Below are positions 1 to 8,543 of a stretch of DNA of 64,000 nucleotides, in pieces; position 1 is the first letter of the stretch; the number at the start of each line of letters is the position of its first letter. The stretch lies in NCBI GenBank assembly GCA_963843145.1, contig CAWJJC010000020.1, positions 713,788-777,787 of the forward strand, given 5' to 3'. Made by a program: the position numbers and the translations under genes. The DNA comes from an uncultured delta proteobacterium (GTDB taxonomy: Bacteria; Desulfobacterota; RBG-13-43-22). Under the pieces are notes generated by a model. That model ran no database searches. It was not told the DNA's origin and saw only the letters and a program-made list of their open reading frames with translations.

Positions 1-2
1 TC

Positions 3-389
3 CAGCAGGCCGGAGAACGTATCCAAATGACCCTCGATCCGCCTCAATTGGGCAACATTCTAGTGGAGATTAATCGCGACCGAAATTTCGTTACCGCCCA
101 TTTGTGGACCGACAATCCCCACACCAAGGAACTGTTGGACTTCAGCCGGGGGCAGCTTCAAAAGACACTGAAATTGGACGGCTTCCAACTCGACCGGTTC
201 GAGGTCCTGGTACAGCCGGACTTAAAATCCTTTCAGGAGGAGCGCTGGTTCGGGGGCCGGCAACCGGCTTGGGAAAACAACCGGCAAGAGGGGAGCCGCG
301 CCTCGCCGGCCGCACTGATCCCCATTTCTCCGGGGACGGTACCTCTCCGTTTCAGCCAGGGCAATCAATACGTGGACACTTGGGTCTAA
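3..389 (+). CDS. fliK: Flagellar hook-length control protein, C-terminal part (5' end outside window)
   Basis: LDPPQLGNILVEI...L..L...G is the FliK C-terminal domain motif; immediately upstream of flgD. Confidence 0.85.
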   Translation, partial: QQAGERIQMTLDPPQLGNILVEINRDRNFVTAHLWTDNPHTKELLDFSRGQLQKTLKLDGFQLDRFEVLVQPDLKSFQEERWFGGRQPAWENNRQEGSRASPAALIPISPGTVPLRFSQGNQYVDTWV

Positions 390-411
390 TTCAAAAAAAG
401 AGGAAAAGGAA

Positions 412-1071
412 ATGACAACCAGCGCGATAAACGCAGCCACGACGACCGGCACTTCAACCAACCCGACCTCAAAAAATAATACGTTGAATCAGGCGGACTT
501 CCTGAATATTTTTGTCACCCAGTTGAAGTATCAAGACCCCTTACAGCCATTGGATAACTCCCAGATGGCCTCTCAAATGGCCCAGTTCAGCATGGTCCAA
601 TCACTGAACAGCATGACCGAATCCATGAAGAATATGGAAAGCTCCCAGGCGGCGGTTAACAACCTGCAGGCCGCTTCCCTGGTAGGCAAGAAGGTGGAGG
701 TCAAAGGGAGCACCCTGTCCCTCAGCCAAGGAACCGCCTCGGAAGGAAGCTACCAACTGGATAAACCGGGAAAGGTGACCATCAAGATTATGGATGAGAA
801 GGGGAGTCTGGTTCGGGTCATCGAATCCGGAGTCACGGATACCCAAAAACAAAAATTCGTCTGGGATGGCAAAAACCAGCAAGGGGCCACTTTGCCCGAT
901 GGGCAGTACAGTTTTCAGGTCTCGGCCGTCGATGCGCAGGGCACGGCCATCGGGGTCAACACGACCATGGTAGGAAAGGTGGACGGCGTATCCCTCGACC
1001 AGGGAACGGCCTACCTCCAGATAGGGTCCAATAAAGTTCTTTTATCGGAAATCATAGCCATTTTGGCTTAA
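412..1071 (+). CDS. flgD: Flagellar hook assembly (capping) protein
   Basis: DFLNIFVTQLKYQDPLQPLDN...QMAQFS, WDGKN..G..LPDGQY. Confidence 0.95.
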   Translation: MTTSAINAATTTGTSTNPTSKNNTLNQADFLNIFVTQLKYQDPLQPLDNSQMASQMAQFSMVQSLNSMTESMKNMESSQAAVNNLQAASLVGKKVEVKGSTLSLSQGTASEGSYQLDKPGKVTIKIMDEKGSLVRVIESGVTDTQKQKFVWDGKNQQGATLPDGQYSFQVSAVDAQGTAIGVNTTMVGKVDGVSLDQGTAYLQIGSNKVLLSEIIAILA

Positions 1072-1089
1072 CAAAAAAGGAGGACAGTC

Positions 1090-2409
1090 ATGGGAATCGG
1101 ATCAGCATTTTATACGGGACTCAGCGGGTTGGACACCAGCGGGATGGCCATGGGGGTCATGGGGGATAACCTGGCCAATAGCGGCACCACCGGCTATAAG
1201 GGCAGCTCCATTTATTTCAGCGATGTCCTGGGCCTGAGTCTTACCGGAGTATCCGGGGGTAACCGGGTGGGGGCTGGGTCCAAAACCCAGGCGGTGGACG
1301 TCAATTTTACCCAGGGCACCTTTGAAACCACCGGGTCCGGGACCGACGTGGCCATCAACGGGAACGGCTTTTTTGTAGTCCGGAATCCCGGTGACGGGGC
1401 GGAGTATTTCACCCGGGACGGCCATATGAGCATCGATAATGAAGGCTATTATATCAACAGCCAAGGGTACCGGATCCAGGGATATAAATACGGCCTGGAT
1501 TCCGTTACCAAAGAGTATGCTCTGGAAGAAACCTTAACGGATTTAAAGGTGACCCCCGGCAGCATCAACCCCCCGATAGCCACCACCGCCGCGACCATGA
1601 AATTGAATTTGGATGCTTCCGCGGACATCAAAACGACGGCTTGGTCTATAGTCAACCCTTCAGCCCCACCGGCTACTATACCCCCAACTCCGGATATGTA
1701 TAATTTTTCGGCGCCGGTGACCATCTATGACTCCCTGGGCTCCAGTCATGTGATTCAAGTCTTTTTCACCAAGACCGCCGCCTCCACCTGGGATTGGCAC
1801 GCCTTGATCGATGGCGGCGATGTGACCGGAGGTACCGCCGGGGCGCCGCAGTTGTTTGGTTCCGGGGTCGGCATGGCCTTTGATCCGGCAACCGGAAAAT
1901 TGACCGCCCCCTTGGCCGCGGTACCCTTTCACGCGGGGGGATTAACCTTCCAGAATGGGAGTCCCTCCATCGCCAGTACGCTTGATTTCGCCGACAGCGT
2001 ATCCTTTGCCTCCCCCTCCCTGCTCCAGGACCTGAGTCAGAACGGTTTTCCGGCCGGCAGCGCCACCTCGGTTTCAATCGATGAGTTTGGGAACTTGACG
2101 GCCGCCTACTCCAACGGCACCAATAAACCCCTGTTCCGTATGGCCCTGGCCACCTTCAAAAGTCTAAGCGGCCTGGAGCGAAAAGGGCTGACCCTTTACC
2201 AGAACACCATTGCTTCCGGCGACCCCCTCTACGGAAAGGCCGGGGAAGGGAGTTTGGGAAAGATCAACCCCACCATGCTGGAAGCGGCCAACGTGGATCT
2301 GGCCTCGGAGATGATCAAAATGATCATCGTGCAGCGGGCCTACCAGGCCAACGCCAAGGTCATCACCATGGTCGATGAGATGATGCAGGCCGTTCAAAAT
2401 ATCCGCTAA
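1090..2409 (+). CDS. flgE: Flagellar hook protein
   Basis: GLSGL..DNLANSGTTGYK N-terminus, TRDG, YDSLG, LEAANVDLASEM..MI..QRAYQANAK C-terminus. Confidence 0.95.
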   Translation: MGIGSAFYTGLSGLDTSGMAMGVMGDNLANSGTTGYKGSSIYFSDVLGLSLTGVSGGNRVGAGSKTQAVDVNFTQGTFETTGSGTDVAINGNGFFVVRNPGDGAEYFTRDGHMSIDNEGYYINSQGYRIQGYKYGLDSVTKEYALEETLTDLKVTPGSINPPIATTAATMKLNLDASADIKTTAWSIVNPSAPPATIPPTPDMYNFSAPVTIYDSLGSSHVIQVFFTKTAASTWDWHALIDGGDVTGGTAGAPQLFGSGVGMAFDPATGKLTAPLAAVPFHAGGLTFQNGSPSIASTLDFADSVSFASPSLLQDLSQNGFPAGSATSVSIDEFGNLTAAYSNGTNKPLFRMALATFKSLSGLERKGLTLYQNTIASGDPLYGKAGEGSLGKINPTMLEAANVDLASEMIKMIIVQRAYQANAKVITMVDEMMQAVQNIR

Positions 2410-2431
2410 CTGCTTTGAGAGCCTTTAAGGG

Positions 2432-2482
2432 TACGGGAGGGGACTTCGGCCAGCTCAGCCAAGCCGTTCAGCCCCTCCCGTA
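2432..2482 (+). terminator. GC-rich hairpin after flgE (terminator or REP-like palindrome)
   Basis: TACGGGAGGGG (2432-2442) is the reverse complement of CCCCTCCCGTA (2472-2482); followed by AT-rich sequence. Confidence 0.55.
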
Positions 2483-2504
2483 TTCACTAATTATTAATTG
2501 GTTG

Positions 2505-2813
2505 TTCGCCCTTTTGGGTGGGTGGCCACAATATCTGGTAGATTAGACTGAAATCAGGCCTTCGTGGCCGATGGGTCTCGGCGAAAGGGTTTTCCACCTT
2601 GCTTTATAGGTTCTAACCCGGCCCCCATGTTTCTAAATCTTCACGGAGGCAGGGCCGGCCGAAGAAGCATCAAAAGCCTTTGAGTTTGGGCCTGCTTCAA
2701 ATAAAATTGGTAATTTAGGCCCGGATTCGAAGTCCGGAGTACCTTTGGAAAGCCCTTTCGCCGAGACCCATCGGCCATACCAGATCTGGGGGGTACCCAC
2801 CCAAAAGGGCGAA
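2505..2813. repeat. Palindromic repeat element: two inverted copies of a ~110-bp unit
   Basis: TTCGCCCTTTTGGGTGGGT at 2505-2523 is a perfect inverted repeat of 2795-2813; 2565-2596 is inverted to 2746-2777; the unit recurs at 31984-32122. Confidence 0.85.
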
Positions 2814-3046
2814 GCGTCTATTAATTTAACGCCGCCTTCGACTCGGCCGGAAGAAGTGGGTTCCGGCCCGGGATAACTCCGCGATCCCACTCCTCCAACA
2901 CGCTCCCGATCGGTCTTAGCGTACGAAACGGAATCTCGCGCCCTTCGGCCCGGACATGCAGAGACGGAGTCCCTCTCCGCCCGCCCCTTGGTCATCCCGG
3001 GTTTGTTGCGGGCGGAAAAATATAAAACCCTGCCGGACGCTCGACT

Positions 3047-3060
3047 GTCAACCGATTGAC
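3047..3060 (+). promoter_or_regulatory. Putative enhancer-binding-protein (FleQ/FlrA-like) site upstream of fliL
   Basis: Palindrome GTCAA-CCGA-TTGAC about 105 bp upstream of the sigma54 promoter; resembles the GTCA-N6-TGAC FleQ box. Confidence 0.45.
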
Positions 3061-3162
3061 GCTTACCCTTCGAATTGACGAACTCTCCCCGACGCCCTGT
3101 CCCCACATGAAAAATAAACCATAGATAACAACTAGTTAAGTAATACCGCTTCGATTCCCATC

Positions 3163-3178
3163 TGGCATAGGCTTTGCT
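3163..3178 (+). promoter_or_regulatory. sigma54 -24/-12 promoter of fliL operon
   Basis: TGGCATAGGCTTTGCT, GG-N10-GC. Confidence 0.8.
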
Positions 3179-3269
3179 TAATAGGAAGTCGACGTCGCCA
3201 CCCAGGGTAATCCCCTCCGCCAAGGAGGACCTAAGTTTGCGACCCTATCACTAAAACCGATGGACAGCG

Positions 3270-3809
3270 ATGGCTAAGAAAATAGCAGAAATTCCCCCCG
3301 AATCTCAGGATGAAGACAGCCCGGTTCCGCAGAAATCGGCTTTGAAAAAATGGCTGATCCTGGGGGGCCTGGTGTTCATCCTGCTGGCGGCCGGGGGTGG
3401 GGCGGCCGTCTTTTTTCTCCCGGAGTATCTGCCCGAACCGCTCAATTTTTTTGACCAAAAACCGGCCAAAGGCTCCCCGGCCCACAAAAAACCCCCTGAA
3501 GAGGAACGAGGCCACATTTACACCATGGACCCCCTCATCGTCAATCTAGCCGATGCCGACCAGAACCGGTACTTAAAAATTCGAATCAACCTGGAAAGTA
3601 CGAAGCCGGAAGCGAACGAGGAATTTTCCAAGAAACTGCCCTTGATCAAGGATACCATCCTGACCATTTTGTCCCAAAAAAAGAGTGAAGAAATGTTTCC
3701 CTCTTCCGGCAAGGAAAAATTGAAAGCGGAAATGTTGCGCTCGATTAATCCCAACTTGCTCGAATTGAAAATAAAAGCCGTTTATTTTAGCGAATTCGTC
3801 ATCCAATGA
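3270..3809 (+). CDS. fliL: Flagellar basal body-associated protein FliL
   Basis: N-terminal TM helix, VNLAD..RYLK, IKD.IL..LS, GKEKLK.E, VYFSEFVIQ. Confidence 0.92.
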   Translation: MAKKIAEIPPESQDEDSPVPQKSALKKWLILGGLVFILLAAGGGAAVFFLPEYLPEPLNFFDQKPAKGSPAHKKPPEEERGHIYTMDPLIVNLADADQNRYLKIRINLESTKPEANEEFSKKLPLIKDTILTILSQKKSEEMFPSSGKEKLKAEMLRSINPNLLELKIKAVYFSEFVIQ

Positions 3810-4789
3810 GCAAAATTTTATCTCAGGAAGAAATCGATGCCCTCCTCTTCGGAGTGGAGGAGGGAGCGGTCCCCACGCAGCCGGATCAGCCGGTTGATTC
3901 GGTGGTGGTTCCTTATGACCTGACCAACCAAGACCGCGTTATCCGGGAAAGAATGCCTTCCCTGGAAATCATCAATGACCAGTTTTCCCGTTTTATCCGG
4001 AACACCCTCTCTTCTGCGCTGCGAAAAATCCTGGAAGTCAGCATCCAGGGCATCCAGATGATTAAATTCGGTGAATTCATCCGCACTCTTCCCGTCCCCA
4101 GCAGCCTGCATATCTTTAAGATGGAGCCCCTGCGCGGGCACGCCATTTTAGTGCTGGATCCCAAGATGGTTTTCACCTTGATCGATGTGTTCCTGGGGGG
4201 AACCGGGAAAGGGACTTACCGTATCGAGGGACGGGAATTTACGGCCATTGAATCTCGGTTGATCTACCGGGTGGTGGTGATGATCCTGACCGAACTGGAA
4301 AAGGCCTGGCATCCCGTGCATCCAGTGAGCATTCAATATGTACGCAGCGAAATCAATCCCCAGTTTGTCAGTATCGTCGGACCGAACGACCTGATGATCA
4401 TGACGACCTTCGGACTGGAGCTGGAACACTTTACGGGAATGATCAACATTTGCATCCCCTATGCCCTGCTGGAACCGATCAAAAACAAACTCTATTCCGG
4501 GTACCAGCGCGATCGACTGGCGGTCGATAAAGGCTGGATCCGGCGCTTTGAAGCCGGCATCCAGCAGGCGGAAATCGACCTGGTCGTGGAACTGGGGCGG
4601 ACCCAGCTTAAAGTGAAGGATTTGCTGAAACTGAAAATAGGCGACACCCTGGTACTCAATACCGAAGCCAACGATTGTCTGATCGCTAAAGTGCAGGGAG
4701 TTCCCAAGTATCTGGGACACTCCGGACTGTATGGTGCGAATAAGGCCTTCCAAGTCAAAGAAAAGATATCCCTGCCCCGAAATGGTTAA
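3806..4789 (+). CDS. fliM: Flagellar motor switch protein FliM
   Basis: ILSQEEIDALL CheY-binding N-terminus, LGG.G, REFTAIE, SpoA C-terminal domain. Confidence 0.95.
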   Translation: MSKILSQEEIDALLFGVEEGAVPTQPDQPVDSVVVPYDLTNQDRVIRERMPSLEIINDQFSRFIRNTLSSALRKILEVSIQGIQMIKFGEFIRTLPVPSSLHIFKMEPLRGHAILVLDPKMVFTLIDVFLGGTGKGTYRIEGREFTAIESRLIYRVVVMILTELEKAWHPVHPVSIQYVRSEINPQFVSIVGPNDLMIMTTFGLELEHFTGMINICIPYALLEPIKNKLYSGYQRDRLAVDKGWIRRFEAGIQQAEIDLVVELGRTQLKVKDLLKLKIGDTLVLNTEANDCLIAKVQGVPKYLGHSGLYGANKAFQVKEKISLPRNG

Positions 4790-4801
4790 AAGAGGTTAAC
4801 G

Positions 4802-5167
4802 ATGGAAGAACAAGCGACCCCGCTGAACGAAGAGGAACTGCAAGAAGTCATGGAGATGGAATTGGATCCCCTGGAAAACCGGTCTCCTGAGCCCAACGGA
4901 CCGACCGTTACCAACCTGGATTTCATCCTGGATATCCCCATGGAGGTTTCCGTGGAACTGGGCCGGTCCAAAATGTTGATCAGCGATCTGCTGCAACTGG
5001 GTCAAGGTTCGGTCATCGAATTGACCAAACTGGCCGGGGAACCATTGGAAGTGCTGGTCAATCAAAGATTGATCGCCCGGGGAGAAGTGGTGGTGGTGAA
5101 TGAAAAATTCGGCATCCGGCTGACGGATATCATCAGCCCCACCGAACGGGTCAAGCGGTTGGGCTGA
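4802..5167 (+). CDS. fliN: Flagellar motor switch protein FliN
   Basis: LDIPMEVSVELGR...LGQGSVIEL.KLAGEPL..ARGEVVVVNEKFGIRLTDI. Confidence 0.95.
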   Translation: MEEQATPLNEEELQEVMEMELDPLENRSPEPNGPTVTNLDFILDIPMEVSVELGRSKMLISDLLQLGQGSVIELTKLAGEPLEVLVNQRLIARGEVVVVNEKFGIRLTDIISPTERVKRLG

Positions 5168-5173
5168 GCGGGA

Positions 5174-5572
5174 TTGGACATGGGCTGGGTGGTATTTAAA
5201 ATGTTGTTTGCGCTGAGCCTGGTTCTGGGCCTGCTGTTTCTGCTGGTTCGGGTCTTGAAGCGAACCCCGCTGATTCGAAAAGATCTCCCCACGGATTTTG
5301 ACATTCGAGTCCTGACCACCAAACCGATCGCTCCTCGGAAGTTCATTTCCTTAGTGGAAATCGGCGGAGAAGTGCTGGCTCTGGGGATTTCGGAGGCCCA
5401 GGTCAGTTACCTGACAAAAATTGAAAACCCGGAATGGCTAAAAAAATGGAAGCAGGGGACTCCCCCCGGTCCTGCCGGCACGCTGCCCGCCTGGATGGGA
5501 AATTTTCCATTGAAGAAAAGAAAAACCATCTCCTCCTCCGAGGAAAGAAGGGTATACGAGAATGGGGAATAA
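5174..5572 (+). CDS. fliO: Flagellar biosynthesis protein FliO
   Basis: N-terminal TM helix, [20 protein letters not shown]; lies between fliN and fliP. Confidence 0.8.
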   Translation: MDMGWVVFKMLFALSLVLGLLFLLVRVLKRTPLIRKDLPTDFDIRVLTTKPIAPRKFISLVEIGGEVLALGISEAQVSYLTKIENPEWLKKWKQGTPPGPAGTLPAWMGNFPLKKRKTISSSEERRVYENGE

Positions 5573-6335
5573 AAGCCTTCTCTCTATCATCCCGGTAATC
5601 GTGGTCGGCTGGGCGATCGGATTGACGCCCGCCGTCTGCTGGGGGCAAGGCTCTGCCTTGCCTCTTCCCGCCTTGAATATCGGCTTGGGGGCGGCGAAAA
5701 ACCCGGGGGACGTTTCGGTCCTCGTTCAAATTCTTTTCCTCCTGACGGTCCTTTCTCTGGCCCCGGCGATCCTGATTATGATGACCTCCTTTACCCGCCT
5801 GGCTATCGTTTTTTCCTTTATACGTCATGCCATCGGCACCCAGCAGATGCCCCCCAACCAGATCCTGATCGGCTTGTCCCTGTTTTTGACCTTTTTTATC
5901 ATGACCCCGGTCTGGCAGTCGGTCAAGACCACCGCCTGGGATCCCTATATGAAGAAGACCATCAACCAGGAGCAGGCCTTGGAAGCGGCGGCCAAGCCGG
6001 TGCGGGCCTTTATGTTCAAACAGACTCGGGAAAAAGACCTGGCCCTGTTCGTCAACTTGGCCAAAATCGTCAAGCCTAAGAATACCGAAGACATCCCGAC
6101 CACGGTGCTGGTCCCGGCCTTTATGATCAGCGAGTTGAAAACCGCCTTTCAAATTGGATTTGTCCTCTTTCTCCCTTTTTTGGTGATCGACCTGGTGGTG
6201 TCCAGCATCCTCCTCTCCATGGGCATGATGATGCTGCCGCCGGTGATGATCTCCCTGCCGTTCAAGATCTTGTTGTTTGTCCTGGTGGACGGCTGGCATT
6301 TAATTGTAGGTTCTCTGGTAAAAAGTTTCCTGTAA
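5562..6335 (+). CDS. fliP: Flagellar export gate protein FliP
   Basis: [44 protein letters not shown]. Confidence 0.96.
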   Translation: MGNKSLLSIIPVIVVGWAIGLTPAVCWGQGSALPLPALNIGLGAAKNPGDVSVLVQILFLLTVLSLAPAILIMMTSFTRLAIVFSFIRHAIGTQQMPPNQILIGLSLFLTFFIMTPVWQSVKTTAWDPYMKKTINQEQALEAAAKPVRAFMFKQTREKDLALFVNLAKIVKPKNTEDIPTTVLVPAFMISELKTAFQIGFVLFLPFLVIDLVVSSILLSMGMMMLPPVMISLPFKILLFVLVDGWHLIVGSLVKSFL

Positions 6336-6351
6336 GGAGCGAGGTGCCTTC

Positions 6352-6621
6352 ATGACCCCGGAAATGGTAATCAGCCTGGCCAAAGAGACCGTGGAATTGA
6401 CCTTGCTGATCTCCCTGCCCATGCTGGCCGTAGGCTTGATTATCGGCGTGGGAATCGGCTTGCTGCAGTCCCTGACCCAGATCCAGGAGATGACCCTGGT
6501 CTTGGTACCCAAGATTATCGCCACCCTGCTGGTTCTGCTTTTCATGCTGCCCTGGATGATGAATAAGATGACGGCCTATACCGAACAACTGATCCTCAAC
6601 ATTCCTACTTACGCCAAATGA
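6352..6621 (+). CDS. fliQ: Flagellar export gate protein FliQ
   Basis: QSLTQIQEMTL.LVPK. Confidence 0.95.
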   Translation: MTPEMVISLAKETVELTLLISLPMLAVGLIIGVGIGLLQSLTQIQEMTLVLVPKIIATLLVLLFMLPWMMNKMTAYTEQLILNIPTYAK

Positions 6622-6628
6622 GGGAACT

Positions 6629-7420
6629 GTGCCCATTTCCTGGTTGAACTGGTCTCTGACGCAATTTCAGGCTTTCGTCATCGTCCTGACCCGGGTGGCC
6701 GCGGTCTTGTTTATGATGCCGCTCCTGGGTACGCGCTATGTGCCCACCCTGGTAAAAATCGGGTTGGCCTTGGTGATCAGCTTGATCCTCCTGCCCTTGG
6801 TCAAGGTGGAAGTCTCGACCGCCCTGTTTGAACCGGTGGGCTTCGCCTGGTATCTGATCGCCGAGCTGATGCTTGGCCTCATCCTGGGGCTGACCATGAA
6901 GCTGATCTTCGCCGGGATCCAGTTGGCCGGGGAGTTCATGGGTTATCAGATGGGCCTGGCCATGGCCAGCCTTTTTGACCCCCAGTCCGGGGTGAACAAC
7001 ACGGTGACGGCCGAGTTCCTTTATCTGGTGGCCCTCTTGTTCTTCCTGGCCCTGAACGGGCACCACTGGTTTTTTAAGGCCCTGGTGGAAAGTTTCCGGG
7101 AGGTTGAACCGGGAGTGTTGCCGGTTCGGGCTGGCTTGTATGAATACCTGCTGCAGCTTTCCGGAAAGATGTTCGTGATCGCCATCAAGCTGGTGGCCCC
7201 GGTCATGGCCATTGTCTTGTTTGTCCATATGGCCCTGGGTCTGACGGCCAAGATGGTCCCCCAAATCAATCTACTGATGGCCAGTTTCCCCCTGACCATC
7301 GGCCTGGGTTTGGTCTTTCTGGCCTTATCGATCGAACTATTCGGCCCGTATTTTCAATCCCTGTTTGAAGAAACGGGAATGGGAATGATAAAAACCGTTC
7401 TCCCTTTAATGGGCAGGTAA
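6629..7420 (+). CDS. fliR: Flagellar export gate protein FliR
   Basis: Highly hydrophobic; AGEFMGYQMGL...DP, PQINL...FP. Confidence 0.93.
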   Translation: MPISWLNWSLTQFQAFVIVLTRVAAVLFMMPLLGTRYVPTLVKIGLALVISLILLPLVKVEVSTALFEPVGFAWYLIAELMLGLILGLTMKLIFAGIQLAGEFMGYQMGLAMASLFDPQSGVNNTVTAEFLYLVALLFFLALNGHHWFFKALVESFREVEPGVLPVRAGLYEYLLQLSGKMFVIAIKLVAPVMAIVLFVHMALGLTAKMVPQINLLMASFPLTIGLGLVFLALSIELFGPYFQSLFEETGMGMIKTVLPLMGR

Positions 7421-7422
7421 CC

Positions 7423-8490
7423 ATGGCTGAAGAATTTTCCGGGGAAAAAAGCGAACAGGCCACACCACGGCGGCGGGAGGAGGCCCGTAAAAAAGGGCAG
7501 GTCGCCAAAAGCCGAGAAATCCCTTCGGTCCTGGTGTTGATGACCGGGCTGCTGGTCCTTTTATTAATCGGCCGGCATTTGACACAACGTTTGGCGGACT
7601 TCACGGCCCAGATGCTGGGACGGGCCGGCACGCTGTCGATCACACCCTCCTCGGTCCAGGCCCTGGGTCAGGAGCTGGTTACTTTTCTCCTGGTAGCCCT
7701 GGCTCCTCTCATGCTGGCCGTCCTGGCCATGGCGGTTCTGTCCAACTATATCCAGGTCGGTTCCCTGTTTGCCTTGGAACTCATCAAACCCGATTTTTCC
7801 AAGATCGATATTTTTAAGGGTTTGAAGCGTCTCTTTTCGATCCAATCCTTAGTGGAGATGCTTAAATCCTTGCTGAAATTGGTGATTATCGGCTATGTGG
7901 CCTATTCCACCATCGCCGGAGAACTGCAAGAAATCCTACCCCTCACCGATCAGGAATTACCCGCCATCTTTAGCTATATCAGTCGGGTATCTTTCAACAT
8001 CTTCATCAAGTCGACCCTGGTGATGGCCTTGCTGGCCGGTCTGGACTATGTTTTCCAGCGGTTTCAGCACGAAAAGAAACTGCGCATGTCCCATCAGGAA
8101 TTAAAGGAAGAGTTTAAACAGACCGAAGGAGACCCGTTAATCAAATCGCGGGTGCGCAGCCTCCAAAGGGAAATGGCCCGCCGGAGGATGATGGCCGAAG
8201 TCCCCAAGGCCGATGTGATCATCACCAACCCAACCCATTTGGCCATAGCCGTAACCTATCGCAGCGGGGAAATGGTCGCCCCCCAAGTGTCGGCCAAAGG
8301 GGCGAATTTTCTGGCTGAGAAGATCAAAGAAATCGCCCGACACCATGGAATTCCCGTCCTGGAAAATAAACCCCTGGCCCAAGCCCTCTTTAAAACCGTG
8401 GATTTGGGGCAGATGATCCCTCCCAGCCTCTACCAAGTGGTAGCGGAAATATTAGCCTATGTGTACCGGCTTAAAAACAAAAGGATCTGA
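7423..8490 (+). CDS. flhB: Flagellar export switch protein FlhB
   Basis: EKSEQATPRRREEARKKGQV, EGDP.IK, NPTH autocleavage motif. Confidence 0.96.
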   Translation: MAEEFSGEKSEQATPRRREEARKKGQVAKSREIPSVLVLMTGLLVLLLIGRHLTQRLADFTAQMLGRAGTLSITPSSVQALGQELVTFLLVALAPLMLAVLAMAVLSNYIQVGSLFALELIKPDFSKIDIFKGLKRLFSIQSLVEMLKSLLKLVIIGYVAYSTIAGELQEILPLTDQELPAIFSYISRVSFNIFIKSTLVMALLAGLDYVFQRFQHEKKLRMSHQELKEEFKQTEGDPLIKSRVRSLQREMARRRMMAEVPKADVIITNPTHLAIAVTYRSGEMVAPQVSAKGANFLAEKIKEIARHHGIPVLENKPLAQALFKTVDLGQMIPPSLYQVVAEILAYVYRLKNKRI

Positions 8491-8543
8491 GGAGAAGATG
8501 AAACCCATTTTTCTTTGGCCAAGAGACATTCCCAGAGGGCACC

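Noticed and set aside
2633-3223. 196-aa ORF sharing WYGR...TPDFESG with the ORF at 31993
   Set aside because: The similarity comes from the DNA repeat. Differences between copies are mostly non-synonymous, and the ORF runs antisense across the fliL promoter.
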